From: Leptogorgia sarmentosa
Lineage: Eukaryota
Assembly (NCBI GenBank): GCA_964658305.1
Contig: OZ210885.1
Span: 11,160,001 to 11,224,000, forward strand
Reading direction: 5' to 3'
DNA length: 64,000 bases
Both the position numbers and the translations under genes were made by a program. Positions 12,718-26,906 of this stretch are shown here, piece after piece; positions within the stretch are counted from its first letter, which is position 1; each line of letters opens with the position of its first letter. The notes below the pieces were generated by a model, which was not told the origin of the DNA, searched no databases, and worked only from the letters and a program-made list of their open reading frames with translations.

Positions 12718-15700
12718 ATACTTGAAACTATATATGATTTCGTTTGTTTTGTCTCGCGCTTAATAAACGCACAAACCCGTGTTATTACGAGCTACGAAAT
12801 CTATTTTCCTGGGATTGAGTGTTTCAACCATTCCGTATGGCGAAGCGTCAAAATATAGTAGATATTCCGTGATCACAATGACATCGCGGGCAGTCCAAAC
12901 ATGTACAGTGTGTCAGTGCGACAGTTCCGACACGCTAAAGTATCGTAGGGAAAATATACGCGCAATTGTGTCAAGTCATTAAACTCTTTCATAACCTTAA
13001 ATATTTGCTGTGTTCAATTGTATAAATTGCGTCATGATATTTTTGCTTTGATGATCTAAATTGCATAGCGAACGCGAACCTCTTTAATTAATATCTTTAA
13101 AAGCAATGCCAATGTCTGCAATTTGCGTCATGATATTTTTGCGTATAAATTGCCTTAGTATAAATAGTGTTCTAAGCGGCGCAAACGCTCATAAATTAAC
13201 CTCTATTTCAGTGAAGGCACTCGTCGCTGCGAACATTATATTTCTTTTTATCTGGATATTCATGCGAAACAAAATCCACGATCAAACAGACAAACACATC
13301 ACCACTCTTTAGCTCGCGCCTATATCAGCCGCCATTTTGTAATATTTAGCCCGCAAGAACTCCACGTTGGTTCCCTTAAATTTGCGGGTGGGCTCAGTGA
13401 GAATTACGTCATCTCAATGTTACGTTGTCGCCTATTGGCTAAATTTAACTAACGAATTCGCTGATTGGCTGCAAGCTAACAGTTAACAGCTAACAGCTAA
13501 CAGCTAACAACACGATAGCAATATATCTGCGTCACTACGTCACGCAGATACAAAAATAGGTACACAAAGTGTACATGTATCTGCGCCTATGTAGCTTGAT
13601 GATCAAGTCTTATTTGTTTTCAGCTTTTCGATACACGCATCTTATCTGTCCCTAATACGCGATCTTGCATGTATAAAATGGTTTACTGCTAGGGAATAGG
13701 CGAATGGCGCAAATAGTAATTCCTTTCAAGACGTGAGGTTGACAGGTTGTGCGGAGACGTATTCAATACTTGATATAAGCTTTCATGACTATCTCGCATT
13801 CCGGAATTCCTGCGATTATATATCAAATTGCATAAGGAATTGAAACTTGACGACATATGATATCGCATTTTATGTTATTGCGTCTTTAAAATAGACACAG
13901 CGCTTTGCGATTGTTTGTGAAAAATGTGGCTCTCTAAAAACCAAATTTACCCTTTTCAATACCGTATCATAATAATATATTTATATACAATATATTCCGT
14001 CCATTCATGCGCATTTGCGTAGACGCTAAAGTGTATGTATGATCGGTATGCGCAGTGCGCGTAGGTTCAAAACAGAATACTTGAAACTATATATGATTTC
14101 GTTTGTTTTGTCTCGCGCTTAATAAACGCACAAACCCGTGTTATTACAAGCTACGAAATCTATTTTCCTGGGATTGAGTGTTTCAACCATTCCGTATGGC
14201 CAAGCGTCAAAATATAGTATATATTCCGTGATCACAATGACATCGCGGGCAGTCCAAACATGTACAGTGTGTCAGTGCGACAGTTCCGACACGCTAAAGC
14301 CTAAAGTATCCTAGGGAAAATATACGCGCAATTGTGTCAAGTCATTAAACTCTTTCATAACCTTAAATATTTGCTGTGTTCAATTGTATAAATTGCGTCA
14401 TGATATTTTTGCTTTGATGATCTAAATTGCATAGCGAACGCGAACCTCTTTAATTAATATCTTTAAAAGTAATGCCAATGTCTGCAATTTGCGTCATGAT
14501 ATTTTTGCGTATAAATTGCCTTAGTATAAATAGTGTTCTAAGCGGCGCAAACGCTCATAAATTAACCTCTATTTCAGTGAAGGCACTCGTCGCTGCGAAC
14601 ATTATATTTCTTTTTATCTGGATATTCATGGGAAACAAAATCCACGATCAAACAGACAAACACATCACCACTCTTTAGCTCGCGCCTATATCAGCCGCCA
14701 TTTTGTAATATTTAGCCCGCAAGAACTCCACGTTGGTTCCCTTAAATTTGCGGGTGGGCTCAGTGAGAATTACGTCATCTCAATGTTACGTTGTCGCCTA
14801 TTGGCTAAATTTAACTAACGAATTCGCTGATTGGCTGCAAGCTAACAGTTAACAGCTAACAGCTAACAGCTAACAGCTAACAGCTAACAACACGATAGCA
14901 ATATATCTGCGTCACTACGTCACGCAGATACAAAAATAGGTACACAAAGTGTACATGTATCTGCGCCTATGTAGCTTGATGATCAAGTCTTATTTGTTTT
15001 CAGCTTTTCGATACACGCATCTTATCTGTCCCTAATACGCGATCTTGCATGTATAAAATGGTTTACTGCTAGGGAATAGGCGAATAGCCAAATACTAATT
15101 CCTTTCAAGACGTGAGGTTGTGCGGAGACGTATTCAATACTTGATATAAGCTTTCATGACTATCTCGCATTCCGGAATTCTCGCGACCATATATAAAATT
15201 GCATAAGGAATTGAAACTTGACGACATATGATATCGCATTTTATGTTATTGCGTCTTTAAAATAGACACAGCGCTTTGCGATTGTTTGTGAAAAATGTGG
15301 CTCTCTAAAAACCAAATTTACCCGTTTCAATACCGTATCATAATAATATATTTATATACAAAATATTCCGTCCATTCATGCGCATTTGCGTGGACGCTAA
15401 AGTGTATGTATGATCGGTATGCGCATTGCGCGTAGGTTCAAAACAGAATACTTGAAACTATATATGATTTCGTTTGTTTTGTCTCGCGCTTAATCAACGC
15501 ACAAACCCGTTTTATTACAAGCTACGAAATCTATTTTCCTGGGATTGAATGTTTCAACCATTCCGTATGGCGAAGCGTCAAAATATAGTAGATATTCCGT
15601 GATCACAATGACACCGCGGGCAGTCCAAACATGTACAGTGTGTGAGTGCGACAGTACCGACACACTAAAGTATCGCACTAAAGTATCGTAGGGAAAATAT

Positions 15701-16354
15701 ACGCGCTATTGTGTCAAGACATTAAACTCTTTCATAACCTTAAATATTCGCTGTGTTCAATTGTATAAATTGCGTCATGATATTTTTGCTTTGATGATCT
15801 AAATTGCATAACGAACGCGAACCTCTTTAATTAATATCTTTAAAAGCAATGCCAATGTCTGCAATTTGCGTCATGATATTTTTGCGTATAAATTTCTTTA
15901 GTATAAATAGTGTTCTAAACGGCGTAAACGCTCATAAATTAACCTCAATTTCACTGAAGTCACTCGTCGCTGCGAACATTATATTTTCTTTTTATCTGGA
16001 TATTCATGCGAAACAAAATCCACGATCAAACACATCACCGCTATTTAGCTCGCGCCTATATCAGCTGCCATTTTGTAATATTTAGCCCGCAAGAACTGCT
16101 TTGCACACCTACACGTTGGTTCCCTTAAATTTGCGGGTGGGCTCAGTGAGAATTACGTCATCTCAATGTTACGTTGTCGCCTATTGGCTAAATTTAACTA
16201 ACGAATTCGCTGATTGGCTGCAAGTTAACAGCTAACAACTAACAGCTAACAGCTAACAGCTAACAGCTAACAACTAACAGCTAACAGCTAACAGCTAACA
16301 GCTAACAACACGATAGCAATATATCTGCGTCACTACGTCACGCAGATACAAAAA

Positions 16355-19300
16355 TTGAGGAAGCTACAGCCCACTCTGGGCCATGGGCTCTGCTGCGCTT
16401 GTAAAAAATAGTTGCAATTTCTCGTATGATATTTTTAAAGACTTTGTATTCTACTCTACATTGCAAAGGCATAGGATAATATCCGCGAGTACACGCAGTC
16501 TGCATTCCGCAGTAATCGCATTGGCCGAGTCAAGCTAAATATGTTACATTTCGATCGAAATATTTTTAATACAGCAAATATCGTTTTATGTCATAACGTA
16601 CAGTCTTTACCGTGTAAAAGTACGAAACATAAAAGCGTAAAGATTTTTGTTCCATAATAATGATCTTCTATGAATTTAATTGAGAAGAAGAACGCGTGGT
16701 GAACCCATGAGTAAACTCATTAAATTGCAATCCATCTTGATAGGTCGTATTATTCACATTTTCTGATGCCCTACAATTTTACTTGTCAAATGGAAACCAC
16801 TTTGTTTTTTACTCATTCTAACATAATGTGAAACAAATTTCATACGCAAATCTGCCAAATCTTGATCAACGTATTTTTCAACTTTAAATCCTCACTACAA
16901 TATCACTTGAGTGGCAAGCTAAAACATTACATCTGGCAAATATCTGTCTCAACGCGTCTTTGCGCACAATAGCTAATCTCAATGGCTTTGAAGGTCAAGT
17001 ATGTTTGATATTATTGTAGCTACGATCTTTTCAGTGATGTGAGATAAATCAAAACAGAAAAACGATGTAATAAATGTTTTGGTGATTGTAATAAATGTGG
17101 TGGTGTCCAAAAGAATGAGGCCGTAGCTGTTATGGAAAATTCGCTTTGCGAACATTTCTTTGAAGCCGCGACACATATGAAATGAAATAATGATATTTGA
17201 TGCGAATTGTGTTTATAATGTGCTAGACTGACACAGCGAGCTAGCAACCGAAATGTTTTCAATTGCATGAAGCGCATAAAACGTCTTTAAAGCAACATGA
17301 ATGCTCACAGCTCACTCCAATAGCTGCACTTAGGGATGGAAAATAACCACTCATTCAATGTCGTCTCTATCAATCACGTTATTCATTTATAAGTGGAACT
17401 GCTAAATCTTCTAGTCCGACTAAGTCTACCTCGAGGTCCGTAAGTCCATAAAGCTCCGCGTTTTTGTATCGCAGCTGATCAAACCCTGATTTACTCCTGC
17501 GTTGTGCATATATTTATTTATCAAATTTACAGGCATTTCTCAGTGATTGCTGCCGAGCGTAGCGAGGCAGCACACTATTCTTGACACGCGGTGGTTTCCC
17601 CAGAGTCTACTCGACCCAGTCTTTCGCGAGTTATGTATTGCCGAGATCGAGATCTTGTGTCTGTCTGTCTGTCTGTCTGTCTGTCCATAAAGATGTTTGT
17701 CGTATCCGGGGGCATAATTAAGCTTCAGGGACGTTTGTTAAAAGAGGGGAGCGGTCAGAATAATTAAGCTTGAAGTACGTAAACAAGATATTGTATTGCG
17801 CACGCGGCACGCATCTCCATGTGCGTCAAGAATCGAAAGGTTTTTACAAAAGCGTTTCATACGGATGCAAGATTGTGCTAATGTTTTATGCGTTGTGGTT
17901 GGGTAATTTGGTATTTATGGTGATCACACATCAATGATGCAAGCAATGTTCAGAATGCTAGCCCTAATAGACTGTTAGGGTTAGTGTTTACTATGCTATT
18001 ACTAATAGTATAGTAAACACTAACCCTAACAGTAAACCTTCATCCTAACTGGCGTGCTGTTGCTTTTCAAAGAACGGGACATAAACACAATATGCGCACT
18101 GAATCGCATTTTTAATTATTATGTTGAGCTTGCGATTAAATAACGAGATATAAACGTGGTAAACTTAATCGGTAATAATTTTCACTTCGTATGATCGTAC
18201 ACGAAGAACGAAGGCTGTCACACGCTGCTTTCTGAATAATCGGGCATATCAATTTCACACTTCGTGTCATCGTATTACGAAAAAATGTATCTTGCCCAGG
18301 CTTTTTAAAAACTCGGATACATTACATTACGTGATCATTTTGACTTCGTATCATCGTATCATGATAACAAGTCACTGTTTCAAAAGTGGACAGGTATTCT
18401 ATAACCCAGCCGGGATTTTAAAGTTTGAGCGCAACGGCAGCACATTTCCTTGCGATAGTAACTCCTAGTTTAATTCATCATTCGAACTAACGTCCAACGT
18501 CACTATAAAATAAAATCTAATTTTCTAAAATTTGATACACTCGGGTGTCTTAGCACACAGCCCACTTCGTTCCTTCTTGAGATGGTAACTTCGAAACCGT
18601 AAAAATATGGCATGCTGCTCAAGTTCAGTGACCTGGTCTGGCAGAAACATTATCTGTATGTACATTTGCTATAAATCTGTGTATAGTAAATCTATGAATC
18701 TATAAATCAGGATCAAGACCTTGCGGTGCCGGATTTACACGAACAAAGGCAACTGATACTTGTAGGTGAATCTGCAGATACCTCACATCATAACAGTGAG
18801 AATATTTCAGCGCATATTATGAAATTTCACACTAATAATCAGTCATTATATCAGTGCATTACATAGGAGCGATATGTAAAAATTACTTTAGGTTAACCTT
18901 TTCAGTTTTAAAACCTACAATATTTTTGCAAATACTTCCAAATCATTCTGAGTCATGTCTCGTATTGCATATTTCAATAAATATGAGTAGACCTTGTCTG
19001 TGCTTTTGCCTTGTCTTATGGTTATGCAAGCTATAACAATAACATGTGTAGGTATAGCATTATATAACACGCTGAAACGGGAAAATATTCAATTCGAATC
19101 CACACATTTATCCATCTTAAAACAATTCATGTTTCTCGTATTGTATAGCATATTTGAAGATCATTTTGCACCACATTTCAAAGGCATTTGCGAGTGTACA
19201 CAGTCTGCATTCCACAATAATCGCGTTGGCTAATTGACACTAGAAATATTATGTTTCTTACCTTTATTTGAGTACGTCTATCGCAACATTTTGAATAAAT

Positions 19301-22300
19301 CTTTTCTTGTGCTATATCGTACGGACTTTACGTTCAAGTACTAAACATAAAAGTGTAAAGACTTCGGATCCCAAATAGATAATCTTCTTTTAGTTTCAAA
19401 ATGAAAGCGGAAATAAAGCATTAGGCTGCACGTATGCCAAGAGCAATGCGAGAAAATATTGAAACCTGACACGTTGAAAATACATGGCATGTTGCTTGGG
19501 AAACAAATAAAACTTCAATCAAGAGTATCGAAAGGGGGTTAACATACGCAGTTTAATTTCCTCACAGTTGACTACGGCCTCTTTCTACTATGTACGACTT
19601 GTGTTAATTATATATTGCATTGCACATCATTTTGGCTGCCTGTTATAATTTAGTTCGCGTAACTGTAAAATTATGACTTGAAAAACATTCAAAATTAGTA
19701 ATAGATACTATATAGTGTCATGGATTAACTTGGAATAAAAATAGCTGTGGAAATCTAGCTATAAAATAGTAAACCAGAATATATCGCCAATCTCCCAATG
19801 CCTCTAGCTCGTGAATACCTCTGGGTTACATTAGTGCATGATGAAAATATATGTTTATTGGTACTGAAGCAGATAACCTTGATTGTCAATGCTTGAACTC
19901 ATTAACTCCAATCCATGTACTTTATTATTTTACTCTGAAAACGATGTAAAATGTTTTGGTGATTGTAATAAATGCAGTGGTGCCCAAAAGAATGAGGCCG
20001 TAGTTGTTATGGAAAATTCGCATTGGGAACATTTCTTTGAAGCCGCGACACATATGACATGAAATAATGATATTTGATACGATTTGTGTTTATAATGTGC
20101 TTGACTGACACAGCGAGCTAGCAACCGAAATGTTTTCAATTAATGCATGAAGCGCATATAATGTCTTTAAGGCAACATGAATGCTCACTCCAATAGCTGC
20201 ACTTAGGGATGGAAAATAACCACTCATCCAATGTCGTCTCTATCAATCACGTTATTCATTTATAAGTGGAACTGCTAAATCTTCTAGTCCGACTAAGTCT
20301 ACCTCGAGGTCCGTAAGTCCATAAAGCTCCGCGTTTTTGTATCGCAGCTGATCAAACCCTGATTTACGCCCGCGTTGTGCATATATTTATTTATCAAATT
20401 TAAAGTAATTTCTCAGTAATTTCAATTCATCATTCGAACCAACGTCCAACGTCACTATAAAATAAAATCCAATTTTCTAAAATTTGATACACTCGCGGGT
20501 GTCTTAGCACACAACCCACTTCGTTCCTTCTTGAGATGGTAACTTCGAAACCGTAAAAATATAGCATGCTGCTCAAGTTCAGTGACCTGGTCTGGCAGAA
20601 ACATTATCATTATGTACATTTACTATAACCCTGTGTATAGTAAATCTATGAATCTATAAATCAGACCTTTCGGTGATTTCCACGAACAAAGGCAACTGAT
20701 ACTTGTAGGTGAACAGCAGATATCTCACACCATAACAGTGAGAATATTTCAGCGCATATTATGAAATTTCACACTAATAATCAGTCGTTATATCAGTGCA
20801 TTACATAGGAGCGATATGTAAAAATTATGTTAGGTTAACCTTTTCAGTTTAAAACCTACTAGACCTACTATATATTGCTGCAAATACTTACAAATCATTC
20901 TGAGTCATGTCTCCTAACTACAGCGCGCAACTTAAACACCTGATATACCAGAATATGATTTTTAATTTCTGCACATTCACTGCGGATCAGTATAGATAGT
21001 ATCGTGCAAAATATAACGCGAAACCTGCTCAGCATAGGCAATTTTGTGTGGCATTCTTGATCAGTAATTCCTTCGATTTGTAAGCGTGGATTATACAGTC
21101 TTCCTATATTCTTGCTAGCATATTATAACCCAGCAAAAAATTGAGAAAGTTACAGCCCACTTTTGGCCATGGGCTCTGCTGCGCTTGTAGAAAATAGTTC
21201 GAATTTCTCGTATGATATTTTTGAAGACTTTGTATTCTACTCTACATTGCAAAGGCATAGGAAAATATCCGCGAGTACACGCAGTCTGCATTCCGCAGTA
21301 ATCGCATTGGCCGAGCCAAGCTAGGAATGTTACATTTCGATCGAAATATTTTTAATACAGCAAATATCGTTTTATGTCATAACGTACAGTCTTTACCGTG
21401 TAAAAGTACGAAACATAAAAGTGTAAAGATTTTTGTTCCATAATAATGATCTTCTATGAATTTAATTGAGAAGAAGAAAGCGTGGTGAACCCATGAGTAA
21501 ACACACTAAATTGCAATCCATCTTGATACTGTAGGTCCTATTCAATTATTATTCACATTTTCTGATGCCCTACAATTTTATTTGTCAAATGGAAACCACT
21601 TTCTTGTTTACTCATCCTAACTTAATGTGAAACAAATTTCATACGCAGATCTTGATCGACGTATTTTTCAAGTTAAAATCTTCACTACATGCATATCACT
21701 TGAGTGGCAAGCTAAAACATTACATCTGGCAAATATCTGTCTCAACGCGTCTTTGCGCACAATAGCTAATCTCAATGGCTTTGAAGGTCAAGTATGCTTG
21801 ATATTATTGTAGCTACGATCTTTTCAGTGATGTGAGATAAAGCAAAACAGAAAAACGATGTAATAAATGTTTTGGTGATTGAAATAAATGTAGTGGTGTC
21901 CAAAAGAATGTGGCCGTAGGTGTTATGGAAAATTCGCATTGGGAACATTTCTTTGAAGCCGCGACTCATATGAAATGAAATAATGATATTTGATACGAAT
22001 TGTGTTTATAATGTGCTAGACTGACACAGCGAGCTAGCAACCGAAATGTTTTGAATTGCATGAAGCGCATAAAACGTCTTTAAGGCAACATGAATGCTCA
22101 CTCCAATAGCTGCACTTAGGGATGGAAAATAACCACTCATTCAATGTCGTCTCTATCAATCACGTTATTCATTTATAAGTGGAACTGCTAAATCTTCTAG
22201 TCCGACTTAGCCTACCTCGAGGTTCATAAGTCCATAAAGTTCCGCATTTTTGTATCGCACCTGATTAAACCCTGATTTACGTCTGCGTTGTGCATATTAT

Positions 22301-23780
22301 ATAAATTTATCAAATTTAAAGTCATTTCTCAGTGATTCCAATTCATCATTCGAACCAACTTACAATTTCCACATTAAATATTCTCGCGGGTGTCTTAGCA
22401 CACAGCCCACTTCGTTCCTTCTTGAGATGGTAACTTCGAAATAGTAAAAATATAGTATGCTGCTCAAGTTCAGTGACCTGGTCTGGCAGAAACATTATCT
22501 GTATGTACATTTACTATAAATCTGTGTATAGTAAATCTATGAATCTATAAATCAGGATCAAGATCTTGCGGTGCCGGATTTACACGAACAAAGGCAACTG
22601 ATACTTGTAGGGTGAATCTGCAGATACCTCACATCATAACAGTGAGAATATTTCAGCGCATATTATGAAATTTCACACTAATAATCAGTCATTATATCAG
22701 TGCATTATATAGGAGCGATATGTAAAAATTATGTTAGGTTAACCTTTTCAGTTTTAAAACCTACAATATTTTTGCAAATACTTCCAAATCATTCTGAGTC
22801 ATGTCTCGTATTGCATATTTCAATAAATATGAGTAGACCTTGTCTGTGCTTTTGCCTTGTTTTATGGTTATGCAAGCTATAACAATAACATGTGTAGGTA
22901 TAGCATTATATAACACGCTGAAACGGGAAAATATTCAATTCGAATCCACACATTTATCCATCTTAAAACAATTCATGTTTCTCGTATTGTATAGCATATT
23001 TGAAGATCATTTTGCACCACATTTCAAAGGCATTTGCGAGTGTACACAGTCTGCATTCCACAATAATCGCGTTGGCTAATTGACACTAGAAATATGATGT
23101 TTCTTACCTTTATTTGAGTACGTCTATCGCAACATTTTGAATAAATCTTTTCTTGTGCTATATCGTACGGTCTTTACGTTCAAATACGAAACATAAAAGT
23201 GTAAAGACTTCGGATCCCAAATAGATAATCTTCTTTTAGTTTCAAAATGAAAGCGGAAATAAAGCATTAGGCTGCACGTATGCCAAGAGCAATGCGAGAA
23301 AATATTGAAACCTGACACGTTGAAAATACATGGCATGTTGCTTGGGAAACAAATAAAACTTCAATCAAGAGTATCGAAAGGGGGTTAAAATACGCAGTTT
23401 AATTTCCTCACAGTTGACTATGGCCTCTTTCTACTACGTACGACTTGTGTTAATTATAAATTGCATTGCACATCATTTTGCCTGGCTGTAATAGTTTAAT
23501 TAGTTGGTGTAACTGTAAAATTATGACTTAAAAAACATTCAAAATTAGTAATAGATACCATATTGTGTCATAGATTAACTCGGAATAAAAATAGGTGTGG
23601 AAATCAAGCTATAAAATAGTAAACCAGAATATATCGCCAATCTCCCAAAGCCTCTCGTGGATACAGCTGGGTTACATTAGTGCATGATGGATATGTTTAT
23701 TGGTACTGAAGCAGATAACCTTGATTGTCAATGCTTGAACTCATTAACTCCAATCCATGTACCTTATTATTTTACTCTGA
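16355..23780. repeat. Tandem segmental duplication of a ~2.9-kb non-coding unit: copy 1 = 5564-5790 + 16355-19938, partial copy 19939-20915, copy 2 = 20917-23780
   Basis: Long near-identical blocks, e.g. 18854-19233 vs 22700-23079; 5564-5790 recurs at 20917-21140. Confidence 0.9.
17547..18471 (+). mobile_element. HINE / DINE-1-like element, second family, with (GTCT)n
   Basis: 5' TT-GCTGCCG...GGCAGC, (GTCT)n at ~17659-17685, 3' CGGCAGC...CTAGTTT; absent from the paralogous sites near 20410 and 22330. Confidence 0.8.
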
Positions 23781-24126
23781 TGTCAGATGATATTACGTAC
23801 TGACCAAAAAGAAAGAGATGCTTATCAAGTATCTTTGGACACATTGTAATGCCCGACAATTCATATTTCCCTCGACAAGCGAAAACCACTGTGTTTTTAA
23901 CGAGTTAGCAAAAAAAGTCATCCAGAATGCTCAGTTAGAGCATTCAACTGCAATATGGTTTGATACAGCCTTCTCAATCAACCAATAACTAATGGGGCAA
24001 TTTTAACTCCTCCCCGCCCCCGTTGAGACTGCGCCACTGAGCTAAAGAATTACTGGAGAGAATGCACGGCATCAAAAAGTGAAGCCAAAATTATGGCGTG
24101 GATTCATGCATGCCACGTCATATCCA

Positions 24127-24641
24127 CGCCACTGGTTCCTAATTTTCATTGGAGCACCACTGACCACAACTAACTTTGAGCCCACTAAAGATTTGTTTTG
24201 GCGAAAATATTTTGTTTTTTACAAAGGATTTTTCGGTTTTTCTTCCTTTTTTGACATTCTGATATCATTTGCTGCCTTCAAGACGACTGAAGAAGTGGCG
24301 ACATCTATTCTAGTTAGTTAAAAATTAAGCGACATAGATATTCAGAGCTCGAAAATCTCATTTGAAACTTGAAAGGTAGTCTTTTTAGAAAATATTTTAT
24401 TCATTTTTTTGCATAAAAAAGGGATTACATATACCTTTCTGGTTGAAAAAAACTCTGCTTTTATATAAGGATTGTGAAACCGTTTCAGCCGTGCAAATAT
24501 TCTACCTTTTCGTGTTGATTTTTTCAACATAAAAACAAAATTTCGGCTTTTTTTACAAAAACAAAGAGGGAAAATCGTCGTCGGAAACATGAGACCGCTG
24601 TTGGTCAGTGGAAATTATATGAGAAATAGGAACCAGTGGCG
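24127..24641. mobile_element. MITE-like element with terminal inverted repeats CGCCACTGGTTCCTA
   Basis: Inverted termini plus an inner ccactgacca/tggtcagtgg pair; superfamily not assigned. Confidence 0.6.
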
Positions 24642-24795
24642 TCAGCAACGGTAAAATCCGCCATGTTTCTGGCTTCACCCCTTTGTATGGAAAAAGTCGA
24701 GTGCACTCCATTGAACTAAATAAAACTGAAAGGCTACTTCCGGCCGGAAATTTGAAGACGAAATATGCAATATCGGCACAGAGTATATATCATAC

Positions 24796-26906
24796 AACAC
24801 CGCGGAAAAACGTCTGCGCATGCGCGAGATTAAAACAACATGGCGGGAAATTTAAATACCTAATTGAAAACAAAATAATCGCTGATAATTATTTAAAGGT
24901 AAGTGAAACAAATCAAAACAAATTGTAGAAAAAACCACGATATGTTAATATAAAGTCTCCACGTATTTAAAGTGTGAAAGGAAATAGGATTTCAACTAAA
25001 AAAGAGTAGGTTTGACAGGGAAGAGTGCGAACATTTCGCAGAAAAAACGAAATATCGACGTTCAACGGGGAAAGTTAAGCAAACCAGTGGAAAGTTAAGA
25101 ATTTAAACCCGCTCAACGTCTAGGGGAAATATCAAAGTTGAAATACTGAGAACACGAAAATTATTGATGTTGGACGACATATTGTTTTTTATCAAAACGT
25201 TGGACAGACTTTTGACATCGCAAAACTGTTCACTTCTTAGAAGTGACTTCTATTCCTGCAATGCAATATATTATAAATGACAAACGGGCTAAAAGACAGA
25301 GCTCACTTCTAGCGTCCAAATGTCCATTTTTTCAGAAAAATAAGTTCTCTCTACATTAAAACTTCTTATAGTTAAAATATGCCTGTATTTTTGGGAAAAG
25401 TCAGTCAGAAAAGAAAAAATGCAGCAATGGAAACCCCCAAAAATACTATCGACCCAGTGAAGCTGTGAAGGTCAACTCCGTGTAGCACGAATCCCAGAAA
25501 GTGGAATACATTCATATGCATGTGCAGTGGCGAAGCCAGCCTGACTTTTGGTCATGCAAATTTAAATCATTATGTTATTCATTTCTTTAGAAATTGATTC
25601 CTTATACAGTCTATAAACAGTGGCTTCGCCACTGTGCATGTGCCTATCACCTTCACCAAATGTGCTGTGAGAAATTTTGCTGCTGTCCCATTCCACTGGA
25701 CCACAGCAAATTCTTGTTGAAATGCCCCAAAATAATTTATGAAGTGTTTGAAGAAGAGGGGAAAACTCTTACAAACCTGGGTCAATGATTTGCAGCAGTG
25801 GTGTCGCCAGCTCGATAAGTGAGGGGGACATATTCATATATTCATACTTTGCACAATTAATTATTTTTGAAATCTGTTGTTTTTACGGTCTGTGAACATG
25901 AATACATGAATATGTCCCCCCCACTTATCGACTCTCGCCACTGATTTGCAGGAAATGTATTAACACTGCTGATGCATGACCACTTTGCAATGCATCCTAT
26001 CCTTCATACATTGGTCCAGTAAAAAGGTAAAGGGTAATTATAATGTTCTCATAATTTACCCCTAAAATATTTTTAATATTCAATTCATACACTACACTGC
26101 TATATGTCCTAGACTTTGGACAGCTACATGTCCAAATGCCTGCAATGTCTGGGTGAAAGAAAGCTTTCCAATTGGCCCAATTCTAGTCAAAAAATGAAAA
26201 GAAATAAAATTAAATGAAGAAACTTGGAAAAAAGTATTGGACAAGACGTTGATGTGAGACAGAAATTCAAATCACTACAATAATACAAGCTCTTTGACAA
26301 TTAAAATTGCCAACATAACAATGTTGTGTGAAATACAGAAGTATGAAGCATAAATTTTAACACTGCAACTGACTGATCTGTAATGTGACAAACCTGAAGT
26401 CCTTGTACTCCACAAGATCAAAGTCAACAACTGACATCTGATGTACTGTGTGTACTACACACCTGTATTTTATACAGGAGATGACTTCCCAGATTTGATC
26501 GCCAAATTTCAGATTTCTGCTATTCCACTTCCAAAAAGTCAAGACAACAGCCATAGCATTGATGGTTCATAGGGAGGACATACTGAAATAGCAGAGGGAG
26601 TAAAATATGTCCTATGAGAGTGATGTATGTAAAATATGTAAAATATGTAAAATATGTAAATACTGTAAATATTGAGAGCAGAATATTGTAGATAATCGTA
26701 ATTAAATTTTAATCCAGAACGGTTGAGAATGCAAACCCACCTTCAACGAAACAAGATAGACCTTTTTTATCTTCCGATGGCACATATTTCCTCTGACAAA
26801 AGGCCAAATATACGTTCAGATGGAGTAAAACCGCCATTTTCAAATCGAAACGCACGCGTTCTATAGCTCAAATTCCGCGCATGCGCAGACGTTTTTCCGC
26901 GGTGTT
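24796..26906. mobile_element. Non-autonomous Mutator-like element, 31-bp TIRs, 9-bp TSD ATATCATAC
   Basis: TIR AACACCGCGGAAAAACGTCTGCGCATGCGCG at both ends; TSD at 24787-24795 and 26907-26915. Confidence 0.8.
25796..25943. mobile_element. hAT-like MITE, 8-bp TSD ATTTGCAG
   Basis: CAGTGG...CCACTG ends, palindromic body, TSD at 25788-25795 and 25944-25951. Confidence 0.8.

Larger units (their letters stand above)
5785..16354 (-). mobile_element. Head-to-tail trimer of a ~1.38-kb non-autonomous Helentron-associated element (HINE, DINE-1-like); units ~5785-13551 (interrupted by LTR elements), 13552-14931, 14932-16354
   Basis: On the minus strand each unit reads TTTTT-GTATCTGCG subterminal repeat with inverted copy, then (TGTTAGC)n, body, CGCAGATAC, GTACACtttGTGTAC hairpin, T-run. 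Inserted in an A/T run; the empty site is visible at 21131-21145. Confidence 0.85.

Noticed and set aside
13474..16310. GCTAACA repeats and 1.38-kb units as a CRISPR-like array
   Set aside because: Simple microsatellite within whole-unit duplications; no unique spacers; eukaryotic context.
13106..23336. Recurrent short ORFs (MPMSAIC..., MHYIGAIC..., MSVLLPC...) as a small-protein family
   Set aside because: They recur only because the DNA is duplicated; frames break between copies and no motifs are present.
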